NCBI GenBank assembly: GCA_905236845.1
Contig: CAJOQM010000040.1
Span: forward strand, 28,050-92,049
Direction: 5' to 3'
Length of the DNA stretch: 64,000 nucleotides
DNA from: an uncultured Lachnospiraceae bacterium
Lineage (GTDB): Bacteria > Bacillota > Clostridia > Lachnospirales > Lachnospiraceae
In this document: positions 9,971 through 17,990 of the stretch, one piece after another
Layout of the letters: every line of letters begins with the position of its first letter
Numbering within the stretch: the first letter of the stretch is position 1
The notes under the pieces: model-generated
Database searches by the model: none
Seen by the model: the letters and a program-made list of their open reading frames with translations, nothing else
Told to the model about the DNA's origin: nothing
Position numbers and translations under genes: made by a program

Positions 9971-11826
9971 TGCAGATAGGAAATATTTTTTCACAAATTC
10001 AAAATGCCATCTCAAATGATAATACCGCCGTTTCTTCTCCTGCGTCAAACGTAAGGACGGGGACTGCGGATACTTCAATGCTCTCTCGGGGGACGGTTTT
10101 TGAAGGAACCGTAACGAAGGATGCAAACGGCCAGCTGTCTATAAGCTTATCCAACGGACAGACCCTGAACGCTTCTCTCGATGCGGGGGTATCGGTCAAA
10201 GTAGGAGAGCCTCTTTTCTTTCAGGTGCTTGGGCAAAATGAGTCAAACCAGACACAGATACGTCTTTATCAGGGGCAGGTTACAAATAACGCTACCATAT
10301 CAAATGCTTTAAACGCCGCAGGTCTTGCCGTAAGCGCAAAGACCGTAAGCATGGTTGATTCCATGATGGCAAATCAGATGTCAATAGACAGAAATTCACT
10401 TCTTTCCATGGCCCATACTGTAGGCGACTTTCCGGGAACAACGGTAAATACCCTTGTTGATATGTCAAAGCTTGGGATACCCATCACAAGAGAAAATATA
10501 GCCCAGTTTGAAAATTATGCAAATGATAATGCGCAGGTTATATCCCGTATGGAGTCTGTTATTGACGAGCTTCCTAAGCTCCTTTCATCAGGAGACCTTA
10601 ATAAGGATGCGGCAGCTGCTCTTACAAGGGATATTATAGGGATATTCAAAGATACGGGCTTAAACGGTGAGGCGCTTGCGTCAGACGGTGCCCCGAATCC
10701 CGAAGCTTTGTTAAATGATTCCGGAGAGAGCACAGGGGATGAGACCGACAAATTGCAAAACACTCCGGATTTAAACGTTGTATTAAATCCTGCAGGAGAA
10801 AATACCGGAAAAGAAGCTGATATAACGGCTGAAAACCTTGTTTTAGGACAAGATAGCGCAGAAGCTAAAGCAGAAGTAAAGATAGCAACGATGACTGAAG
10901 GAGAAAATCCCGAAGCAAATCCCGGGGCTATAAAGGATGCGGAATATATTCCTTCAAGACAGAGCTTAGAGAGTGTGAATCTCCTTGAGCGCCCTGTTAA
11001 TGAATATATTTCTTCGGATGATATGAAGCAGTTATCCCAAACCCTTTCCCAAATAGCCGATAAAAGCGGGATTGCAGCTTCTTTGTTAGATGAAAACGGC
11101 AATATTTCCGGCAATGTAACAGGCGCAAAGCTTATGAACGCAATATGGGATATGCTTAAAACCCCTGATTCCTTTGATGCAAAAAGCCTGCAAAATCTTC
11201 TTTCAAATACCGGCTTTAAGACGACTCTTTCAAATATAATGCAGCGTCAGTGGATGGTTTCTCCAAAGGATGTTGCCACACCGGGGAGGATTAGCGACCT
11301 TTATGAAAGACTTAACGAGCAGGCAGGCCGCTTTGAGGAAGCGCTTGCAAAGGCAAATACACCCCAGACTGACGCATTGGCAAAGCAGATTACGGATTTA
11401 AAGGATAACATTTCCTTTATGAATGAGATAAACCAGAATTTTACATATGTTCAGATTCCTTTACGTATGCTTAATCAAAACGCAAATGCCGATCTTTATG
11501 TATATTCAAACAAAAAACATATGAATGACGACGGGGAGCTGTCGGCTTTTTTGCATCTTGATCTGGACAACCTGGGCTCTACCGATGTCTCCGTAAAAAT
11601 GAAAGATAAGAACGTAAGCACAAACTTCTTTATGGAAGATGAGGCGGCCCTTGATCTTATAGAAGAGCATATAGACGAATTAACCGCCAGGCTTAATGAT
11701 AAGGGGTATAATTGCACCGTTACGGTGTCAAACGATTCCAAGGATGTGGATTTTGTGGATGATTTCCTTAAGCAGGGGCAGTCCGTAGGGTCTTTGCACC
11801 GGTATTCCTTTGATGTTATGGCGTAA
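9970..11826 (+). CDS. YlqG-like protein with FliK (hook-length control)-like C-terminal domain
   Basis: The ATG at 9970 overlaps the rnhB stop (TAATG). The C-terminal segment FTYVQIPLRM..LSAFLHLDLDNLGSTDVSVKMKDKNVSTNFFMEDEAALDLIEEHIDELTARLNDKGY resembles the FliK C-domain. The rbgA-rnhB-ylqG-ylqH synteny is known from Bacillus subtilis. Confidence 0.65.
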   Translation: MQIGNIFSQIQNAISNDNTAVSSPASNVRTGTADTSMLSRGTVFEGTVTKDANGQLSISLSNGQTLNASLDAGVSVKVGEPLFFQVLGQNESNQTQIRLYQGQVTNNATISNALNAAGLAVSAKTVSMVDSMMANQMSIDRNSLLSMAHTVGDFPGTTVNTLVDMSKLGIPITRENIAQFENYANDNAQVISRMESVIDELPKLLSSGDLNKDAAAALTRDIIGIFKDTGLNGEALASDGAPNPEALLNDSGESTGDETDKLQNTPDLNVVLNPAGENTGKEADITAENLVLGQDSAEAKAEVKIATMTEGENPEANPGAIKDAEYIPSRQSLESVNLLERPVNEYISSDDMKQLSQTLSQIADKSGIAASLLDENGNISGNVTGAKLMNAIWDMLKTPDSFDAKSLQNLLSNTGFKTTLSNIMQRQWMVSPKDVATPGRISDLYERLNEQAGRFEEALAKANTPQTDALAKQITDLKDNISFMNEINQNFTYVQIPLRMLNQNANADLYVYSNKKHMNDDGELSAFLHLDLDNLGSTDVSVKMKDKNVSTNFFMEDEAALDLIEEHIDELTARLNDKGYNCTVTVSNDSKDVDFVDDFLKQGQSVGSLHRYSFDVMA

Positions 11827-11839
11827 ATGAGGTAGAATA

Positions 11840-12166
11840 ATGGCAAAGAAGCATGCCTCCAAAAACAACGTAATAAAAAAAGACGACCTTGATATAGAAA
11901 AGGTAAAAACCGCCGTCGCTATAGCTTATGAGCCCGGATCCATGGCGCCTACAATCCTTGCTACGGGAACCGGCAAAATGGCGGAAAGAATCGCAGAAGC
12001 GGGGTTAGAGGCGGACGTTCCTTTCTATAGCGACAATCAGCTGGCGGATACTCTTTCAAAGCTTGAAATAGGAGATGCGATTCCGCCGGAATTGTATGAG
12101 GTAGTGGCTGAAATACTTGTATTTGTAGATCAGATGGATAAACTTAAGGGGAAACTTGGCCTATGA
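11840..12166 (+). CDS. FlhB C-terminal domain-like protein (YlqH / EscU-YscU-HrcU family fragment)
   Basis: 108 aa. AVAIAYEPGSMAPTILATGTGKMAERI..ADVPFYSDNQLADTL..IPPELYEVVAEILVFV matches the soluble FlhB_C fold but lacks the NPTH autocleavage site. Confidence 0.8.
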   Translation: MAKKHASKNNVIKKDDLDIEKVKTAVAIAYEPGSMAPTILATGTGKMAERIAEAGLEADVPFYSDNQLADTLSKLEIGDAIPPELYEVVAEILVFVDQMDKLKGKLGL

Positions 12167-13611
12167 AATTTACGGCGATAGAAGATCTTCTGCCCGGAAT
12201 GAAGCTGGGGCGGGATATACAAAGTCCTGTTGTTTCTTTTTCATTGAAAAAGGGAGTCTTTTTGACAGATGATGATATAGCTCATCTAAAAGAAAAGGGA
12301 TATCTGGGAGCGTATATTTTTGAGCCCTGGACGGAGGATATTACTGTAGATGCTCCCATTTCCCAAAGAACATTTAATGAAGCCGTAAAAGCCGTAGGAG
12401 ATGTTGATGTGGACAGACTCCTTGGCAGCGCAGCGGCTATCGTAAAGGATGTATCTTCCATGAAAAGTCCTTATATAGATCTTATGGATCTTCGGTGCTA
12501 TGAGGATTATACTTTGCGCCACAGCGTAAATGTAGCGGTTTTTGCTGTTTTAGTTGCCAAATATATGGGATTTTCTGATGAAGACCTTTTAAACACGGCT
12601 ATCGCCGGTATCTGCCACGATCTTGGCAAATTGAAAATATCTCCTGATATTATAAACAAGCCCGGAAGGCTTACGGATGAAGAATTTGAAGAGATCAAAA
12701 AGCATCCGAAATATTCCTTTGATGCTCTGTACGGAAAGACAGAAGTATCCGCTACCATACGGCAGGCTATATTGTGCCATCACGAAAATGAAAACGGCAG
12801 CGGCTATCCATTGGGGAAAAAGGGTAAGGAGATCCCTGTTATGGCAAAAATTCTTCATGCTGTGGATGTGTATGATGCCCTTATCAGCAAGCGACCGTAT
12901 AAGCAGCCCCATACTCCCGCAGAAGCTTTTGAATACCTGACCGGAGGAAGATGGATACTTTTCGATCACGAAGTGGTAAATGCCATGCGCAACGTGATAC
13001 CCACATATCCCGTAGCTACGGATGTATATCTTTCCACGGGAGAGATAGCCGTTGTAAAAGCGCAGACAGAAGATCCGCTGCGTCCCGTAGTTCGTATTTT
13101 GGGAAGCGGCACAGATATAAATCTTTCCGATGTGAGATATATGGATATCCTTATAGAGTCTACGGGATTTGCGGCAACAGAGCATAAAGGAGTCCAGGAG
13201 CTTAATGAAAACAGGCTTAAGGAGCCGTTAGAGCCCAGAAAGATAATGCTGGTTGATGAATCCGTTGTGGCGCTGCAGGCTACAAAATCAGCTCTTTCAA
13301 AAGGTAATTACAAACTTATAACCCTGCAAAGCGGATTTGCCGCCATAAAATATATTAAAGAAAAGGGCGCCCCCAATCTTATCATTATTGATGTGGATAT
13401 GGAAACCATGGACGGAATGACAGCGGTTACGAAAATTCGTGAAATGGGATTTAAGGGAATCCCCGTGATTTTTCTTACCGCTAATACAAGGGAAAGTATT
13501 GTAAAAAAATGCATTGCCCTGGGGGCAAAGGATTTTATCGTAAAGCCGGCTCTTCCCGTGTATCTTCAGGAAAGAGTCGCAGTAGCCCTTGATGCGAGCC
13601 TTGAAAGATGA
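12163..13611 (+). CDS. HD-GYP c-di-GMP phosphodiesterase with C-terminal response-regulator receiver domain
   Basis: ATGA overlap with the upstream stop. HD-GYP motifs are HSVNV, HDLGKL, HPKYS and HHENENGSGYPLG. The C-terminal REC domain has IMLVDE, IIIDVDMETMDG, FLTA and FIVKP. Confidence 0.88.
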   Translation: MKFTAIEDLLPGMKLGRDIQSPVVSFSLKKGVFLTDDDIAHLKEKGYLGAYIFEPWTEDITVDAPISQRTFNEAVKAVGDVDVDRLLGSAAAIVKDVSSMKSPYIDLMDLRCYEDYTLRHSVNVAVFAVLVAKYMGFSDEDLLNTAIAGICHDLGKLKISPDIINKPGRLTDEEFEEIKKHPKYSFDALYGKTEVSATIRQAILCHHENENGSGYPLGKKGKEIPVMAKILHAVDVYDALISKRPYKQPHTPAEAFEYLTGGRWILFDHEVVNAMRNVIPTYPVATDVYLSTGEIAVVKAQTEDPLRPVVRILGSGTDINLSDVRYMDILIESTGFAATEHKGVQELNENRLKEPLEPRKIMLVDESVVALQATKSALSKGNYKLITLQSGFAAIKYIKEKGAPNLIIIDVDMETMDGMTAVTKIREMGFKGIPVIFLTANTRESIVKKCIALGAKDFIVKPALPVYLQERVAVALDASLER

Positions 13612-13650
13612 TAAAATAGGCGCAATAACACCACTTTAAGGAGGGCGGAT

Positions 13651-14757
13651 ATGGAAACAAGACCTTATATCGGATGGAAATTGGCGGGAGACTTTATGCG
13701 GGATGCGTTTATCGCAGCTGGTGTTCCGAAGGAAGATGCTGATATTTGTACAGAAGTCCTTTTGGAAAGCGACAGACGGGGCATAGAAAGCCACGGTACA
13801 AACCGTTTTAAGCCAATATATATAGACAGGATTAATGCGGGGATTTTAAACCCTGTTACGGAATATGAGATTATTAAGGAGACCCCGACGACGGAGGTTG
13901 CGGATGCCCATGACGGTATGGGTATGGTTGCGTCCTATAAGATGATGAAGTCTTTGATAAAAAAGGCAAAGGAGCACGGACTTGCAATGGGCGCCATAAG
14001 GAATTCTTCCCATTACGGTATTGCCGGCTATTGGGCTACCATGGCGACCGAAGAAGGACTTCTTGGAATAACCGGGACGAACGCAAGGGCATCTATCGCC
14101 CCTACATTCGGCGTTGAAAATATGATGGGCACAAACCCCCTTACCTTTGGATTCCCTACGGATGAGGATTTTCCCTTTGTACTTGACTGTGCTACATCCA
14201 TAGTGCAAAGAGGCCGCATAGAATATTATGCAAGAGAAGGAAAGGATACACCCGCAGGCACTGTTATAAGCGACAAGGGAGAGGCTCTTACGGACAGTGA
14301 ATATATTCTTGAGGCACTTGTAGATGGAACCGCAGCCCTTGCTCCTTTAGGTGGTATCGGAGAGGATCTTGCAGGATACAAAGGATACGGCTATGCGGCT
14401 GCCGTGGAGATTCTTTCAGCAGCCCTTGCCCAAAACCTTTTCCTTAAGGATCTTACAAATGTAGACGAAAACGGGGGAAAGCGCCCTTATCATCTGGGAC
14501 ATTTCTTCCTTGTGATTAATCCCGATTTCTTTATGGGACTTGATTCCTTTAAGAAGACTACGGGAGATATTTTGCGCTCTCTTCGCGCATCAAAGAAAGC
14601 CCCCGGGTGCGAGCGTATATTTACGGCCGGGGAAAAAGAGCACGATGCCTGGCTTGACAGAAAAGACAAAGGAATACCCGTAGGGGAGGGTGTCCAGAAG
14701 GATTTTAAAGAAGTCAGAGATAAATACAATCTGGACTATAGATTTCCGTTTGAATAA
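13651..14757 (+). CDS. Ldh_2 family (malate/L-lactate/ureidoglycolate dehydrogenase type 2) oxidoreductase
   Basis: AAGGAGGG RBS. ESHGTNRF, NSSHYGIAGYW, GTNPLTFGFP and GYKGYGYA are typical of the Ldh_2 family. Confidence 0.85.
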   Translation: METRPYIGWKLAGDFMRDAFIAAGVPKEDADICTEVLLESDRRGIESHGTNRFKPIYIDRINAGILNPVTEYEIIKETPTTEVADAHDGMGMVASYKMMKSLIKKAKEHGLAMGAIRNSSHYGIAGYWATMATEEGLLGITGTNARASIAPTFGVENMMGTNPLTFGFPTDEDFPFVLDCATSIVQRGRIEYYAREGKDTPAGTVISDKGEALTDSEYILEALVDGTAALAPLGGIGEDLAGYKGYGYAAAVEILSAALAQNLFLKDLTNVDENGGKRPYHLGHFFLVINPDFFMGLDSFKKTTGDILRSLRASKKAPGCERIFTAGEKEHDAWLDRKDKGIPVGEGVQKDFKEVRDKYNLDYRFPFE

Positions 14758-14786
14758 GTTTGCGTTAATATACACCGGGGAGGAAT

Positions 14787-16709
14787 ATGGTATATAACAT
14801 AGATTTTGACATAGCGGGTGGCTTGCTTTCGCTTTTCATAATCTTTTATCTATACGACAGGAAGGGCCTTAAAAGCGTCTCAAACAGGTTCTTCCTTGCT
14901 CTTGTGCTGTCTGATTTCCTTGCGGCTTTGTCGGATATCTTTAGCTCAATACACAATTCGTATCCTTCCCCGGGAAGCTTGTGGAGGCAGGATGTATGGA
15001 ATTATATATATCTTGCATCCCATAACGCCATGCCTCTTATGCTGCTTTTATATATTCTGTTTGTGCTGGGCGTTGGAAACAGAATAAAGGAAAGATACTT
15101 TGTTCTTATTTGCCTGCCTTTGATACTCGATTATATTCTTCTTGCCCTGAATCCTTTTAATAAGGGCATATTTTACTATGACAAAACAGGCTTATATCTC
15201 CACGGACCCTTATTTACCGTGTTTTGGGTCGTGGCATTTTGCTACATGCTCGCCTCGATTGTTGTAATAATATACAACAGAAAGACTCTTCCGCCCAGAA
15301 AGCTCAATCCCCTTGGGCTCTTCATAAGTATATGCATAGTTACCGTTCTTATCCAGATTATGAATCCTTATGTCCTTATAGAGGTGTTTGCCCAGACTCT
15401 GGGACTAATGGGGATATTGTTTTCTATCGAAAATCAGGATGATGTCATAAATCATGTATCCGGAGCTTACAACAGATATGCTTTTTTGGCAAATATGGGA
15501 AGTTACGGGGAATTTAAATCCCGGATGTTTATTGCGGTAAAGCTTACGGATCTTGCGTATTACAATACATCCTTAGGCGTTGAGAATACGAATGCTTTGC
15601 AAAAACAAATAGCCGGATATCTTACGTCTCTTGATAACGGCTTTATGTGTTATGACATTGGAGCCGGGCATTTTGTGCTTGTGGAATCAAATTCAAAAAG
15701 TAAAAATACAAGGGAGCTTTCGGATAAGATTATAAAGCGCTTTGAAAGTCCCTGGGGCAGGGGCAGCGGCAAAATGATAGTCCCTGTGCAGATCTGTGAA
15801 GGAATCCTGGGTGAGGATATCCTGAATATGGAGGATTTTCTTCTAGTCCTGGATTCGGAATACGATGCCCGGGGTGACGTGAGAGTAGACGGGGCGACGA
15901 TTGTGGAAGCCCACAGACGCCGGATTCTTGTTGAGCGCTTGATAGACGAGGCTTTGGAAAACAACGGTTTTTCCGTATATTACCAGCCTATCTGGGACAG
16001 AAAATCCGGGACTTTCCATTCTGCGGAGGCTCTTGTACGCCTTATATCCGGAGAATACGGATTTATATCGCCTGAAGAATTTATCCCTATATCAGAACAA
16101 AACGGCAAGATCGCCGAAATCGGAGAATTCGTATTTGATGAAGTATGCAGATTTTATATGTCTGCAAAGCTTAATACTTTTGGCGTCGAATATATTGAGG
16201 TAAACCTTTCTGCCGTTCAATGCATGAACAGGGAGCTTCCCGATATTTTCGGGAAGATCCTCAAAAAATACGATATGGATCCATCAAGGATAAATCTTGA
16301 AATCACCGAATCCGCATCAGCCGGAAACACAGCTTTGCTTAAGGATAATGTTTTAGCCCTTAAAAATATGGGATTTTCTTTTTCTCTCGATGACTACGGT
16401 ACCGGATATTCAAACTATTCTTATATGTTTGATATGCCGTTTTCCATTATAAAGCTTGACAAAAGTATTCTCTGGAACGCAATGGACCCAAATACATCGC
16501 AAGGTGATGAGAAATTTAGGCGTCTGCTTTCCGATACAGTTTCCATGTTCAAAAATATCGGATATAACACTTTGGTTGAAGGTGTCGAAAGTGTCGATCA
16601 GAAGATTTACCTGGAAGATTTGGGGTGTGATTATTTTCAGGGATATTATTTCTCAAAACCCGTTCCCGAAAATGTTTTTTTTGATTTCATTAAGGCGGTG
16701 AATGCGTGA
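14787..16709 (+). CDS. Membrane-anchored EAL phosphodiesterase with degenerate GGDEF domain
   Basis: About 6 N-terminal TM helices. The GGDEF-like domain has its motif replaced (IGAGHFVLV). EAL motifs are intact (YYQPIW, EALVRL, NLEITES, FSLDDYGTGYSN, IKLDKSI, VEGVESVDQ, QGYYFSKP). Confidence 0.88.
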   Translation: MVYNIDFDIAGGLLSLFIIFYLYDRKGLKSVSNRFFLALVLSDFLAALSDIFSSIHNSYPSPGSLWRQDVWNYIYLASHNAMPLMLLLYILFVLGVGNRIKERYFVLICLPLILDYILLALNPFNKGIFYYDKTGLYLHGPLFTVFWVVAFCYMLASIVVIIYNRKTLPPRKLNPLGLFISICIVTVLIQIMNPYVLIEVFAQTLGLMGILFSIENQDDVINHVSGAYNRYAFLANMGSYGEFKSRMFIAVKLTDLAYYNTSLGVENTNALQKQIAGYLTSLDNGFMCYDIGAGHFVLVESNSKSKNTRELSDKIIKRFESPWGRGSGKMIVPVQICEGILGEDILNMEDFLLVLDSEYDARGDVRVDGATIVEAHRRRILVERLIDEALENNGFSVYYQPIWDRKSGTFHSAEALVRLISGEYGFISPEEFIPISEQNGKIAEIGEFVFDEVCRFYMSAKLNTFGVEYIEVNLSAVQCMNRELPDIFGKILKKYDMDPSRINLEITESASAGNTALLKDNVLALKNMGFSFSLDDYGTGYSNYSYMFDMPFSIIKLDKSILWNAMDPNTSQGDEKFRRLLSDTVSMFKNIGYNTLVEGVESVDQKIYLEDLGCDYFQGYYFSKPVPENVFFDFIKAVNA

Positions 16710-17797
16710 TGGTTACAGGTTATTATTTCGCTATGGCGATATTGTCATTTTTGTGTTCATGTTTATATTTCAGAAAATGGAGCAGACATTTTGAGCTTTG
16801 TTTTACCCTGATTTATCTGCTTATTCCTTTTGTGAATGTGGGATATCTTCTTATGGCCGTATCAAAGGATGTGGGAGAAGCCGTTACCGCCATAAAAATC
16901 ACGTATCTTGGCGGATGCTATCTTTTACTTGTGGTAATGATAAGTATTTTTACGCTTTGCAAGATAAAAATATATCGCGGAGTATATTTTGTCCTTACCA
17001 TGGCAAGCACAGCCATATATTCATGCGTTCTTACCATAGGCCATCTGGACATATTTTATAAAGGAGTGGAAATATATATAAAAAACAGATCCTCTTATAT
17101 CGTAAAGGATTACGGTCCCGTACACAGTCTTTTTTATATAATGATTTTCGTATATCTTGGTCTTTCCGTAGGGGGTATTATCTACGGAGCAGCCACAAAA
17201 AAGGAAGTCTCTTTAAGAAATGTTATGCTGATTACCGTTTCTGAAATAAGTACTGTCTTTGCTTTTTTCTTTGGTAGGGCTCTTACGGGAAACATTGAAT
17301 GGATACCGGCAGCATATTTACTGGACGGAATTATATATCTTCTTATCGTTGAGAGGCTTGCTCTTTATGATGTCGCAAGTGTTGTTTCGGAGACTTTGGT
17401 TGTGCATGGGAAAATCGGATTTTTGTCCTTTGATCTTGATAAAAATTATCTGGGGGCAAATGAAACAGCAAAGCTTCTTTTGCCTGATATCAAGGAAGTG
17501 AGAGTAGACAGACCCGTAAGATCGGGCAGACTTAAAGAGCTTACGGATAAATGGATAGAAGATTTTAAGAAAGATGAGCTTACAAGAGACCTTTTTTATG
17601 AAAACGGCGGCGTAATATATAAGATAAAAGTGGGATATCTTTTTGACAAAATGAAGATAAGGGGATACCGTATATCAATAGAAGACGATACGGAGCACCA
17701 GCAATATTTAAAGACAATATCCCAGTATAATAAAAACCTTCGCAGAGAAAATGATGAGAAAACAAAAATAATTGCGAAAATGAGAAATGACCTATGA
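16709..17797 (+). CDS. 7TM sensor-type membrane protein (HisKA_7TM-like) without output domain
   Basis: The ATG at 16709 overlaps the upstream TGA (TGATG). Seven hydrophobic helices are followed by an about 150-aa soluble tail ending in a coiled-coil-like segment. I see no kinase, GGDEF or EAL motifs. Confidence 0.6.
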   Translation: MVTGYYFAMAILSFLCSCLYFRKWSRHFELCFTLIYLLIPFVNVGYLLMAVSKDVGEAVTAIKITYLGGCYLLLVVMISIFTLCKIKIYRGVYFVLTMASTAIYSCVLTIGHLDIFYKGVEIYIKNRSSYIVKDYGPVHSLFYIMIFVYLGLSVGGIIYGAATKKEVSLRNVMLITVSEISTVFAFFFGRALTGNIEWIPAAYLLDGIIYLLIVERLALYDVASVVSETLVVHGKIGFLSFDLDKNYLGANETAKLLLPDIKEVRVDRPVRSGRLKELTDKWIEDFKKDELTRDLFYENGGVIYKIKVGYLFDKMKIRGYRISIEDDTEHQQYLKTISQYNKNLRRENDEKTKIIAKMRNDL

Positions 17798-17814
17798 TTT
17801 TTCGTGTTTTTCTA

Positions 17815-17843
17815 TTGACTTTTAACCGCCTGTGTAGTATATT
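17815..17843 (+). promoter_or_regulatory. Sigma-A type promoter upstream of tRNA-Thr
   Basis: TTGACT (17815-17820), 17-nt spacer, TATATT (17838-17843), about 20 nt before the tRNA 5' end. Confidence 0.55.
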
Positions 17844-17862
17844 ATGCAAGTTGGTTTTTGAT

Positions 17863-17935
17863 GCTGCTGTGGCTCAGTCGGTAGAGCGTCGCATTGGTAG
17901 TGCGGAGGTCACGGGTCCGATTCCCGTCAGCAGCT
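17863..17935 (+). tRNA. tRNA-Thr (anticodon GGT)
   Basis: Manual cloverleaf: acceptor GCTGCTG/CAGCAGC, D arm GCTC-AGTCGGTA-GAGC, anticodon arm TCGCA-TTGGTAG-TGCGG, T arm ACGGG-TCCGATT-CCCGT. No encoded CCA. Confidence 0.9.
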
Positions 17936-17945
17936 TTTGCCACAG

Positions 17946-17972
17946 GGCTTCCCGTTGATCGGGGAGCCTTTG
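17946..17972 (+). terminator. Hairpin plus short T-run after tRNA-Thr
   Basis: GGCTTCCCG ttgat CGGGGAGCC (9 bp, one G-U) followed by TTTGC. It ends 18 nt before the ATG of the 1210-aa gene. Confidence 0.45.
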
Positions 17973-17990
17973 CTATAGGGAGGTTTATTA

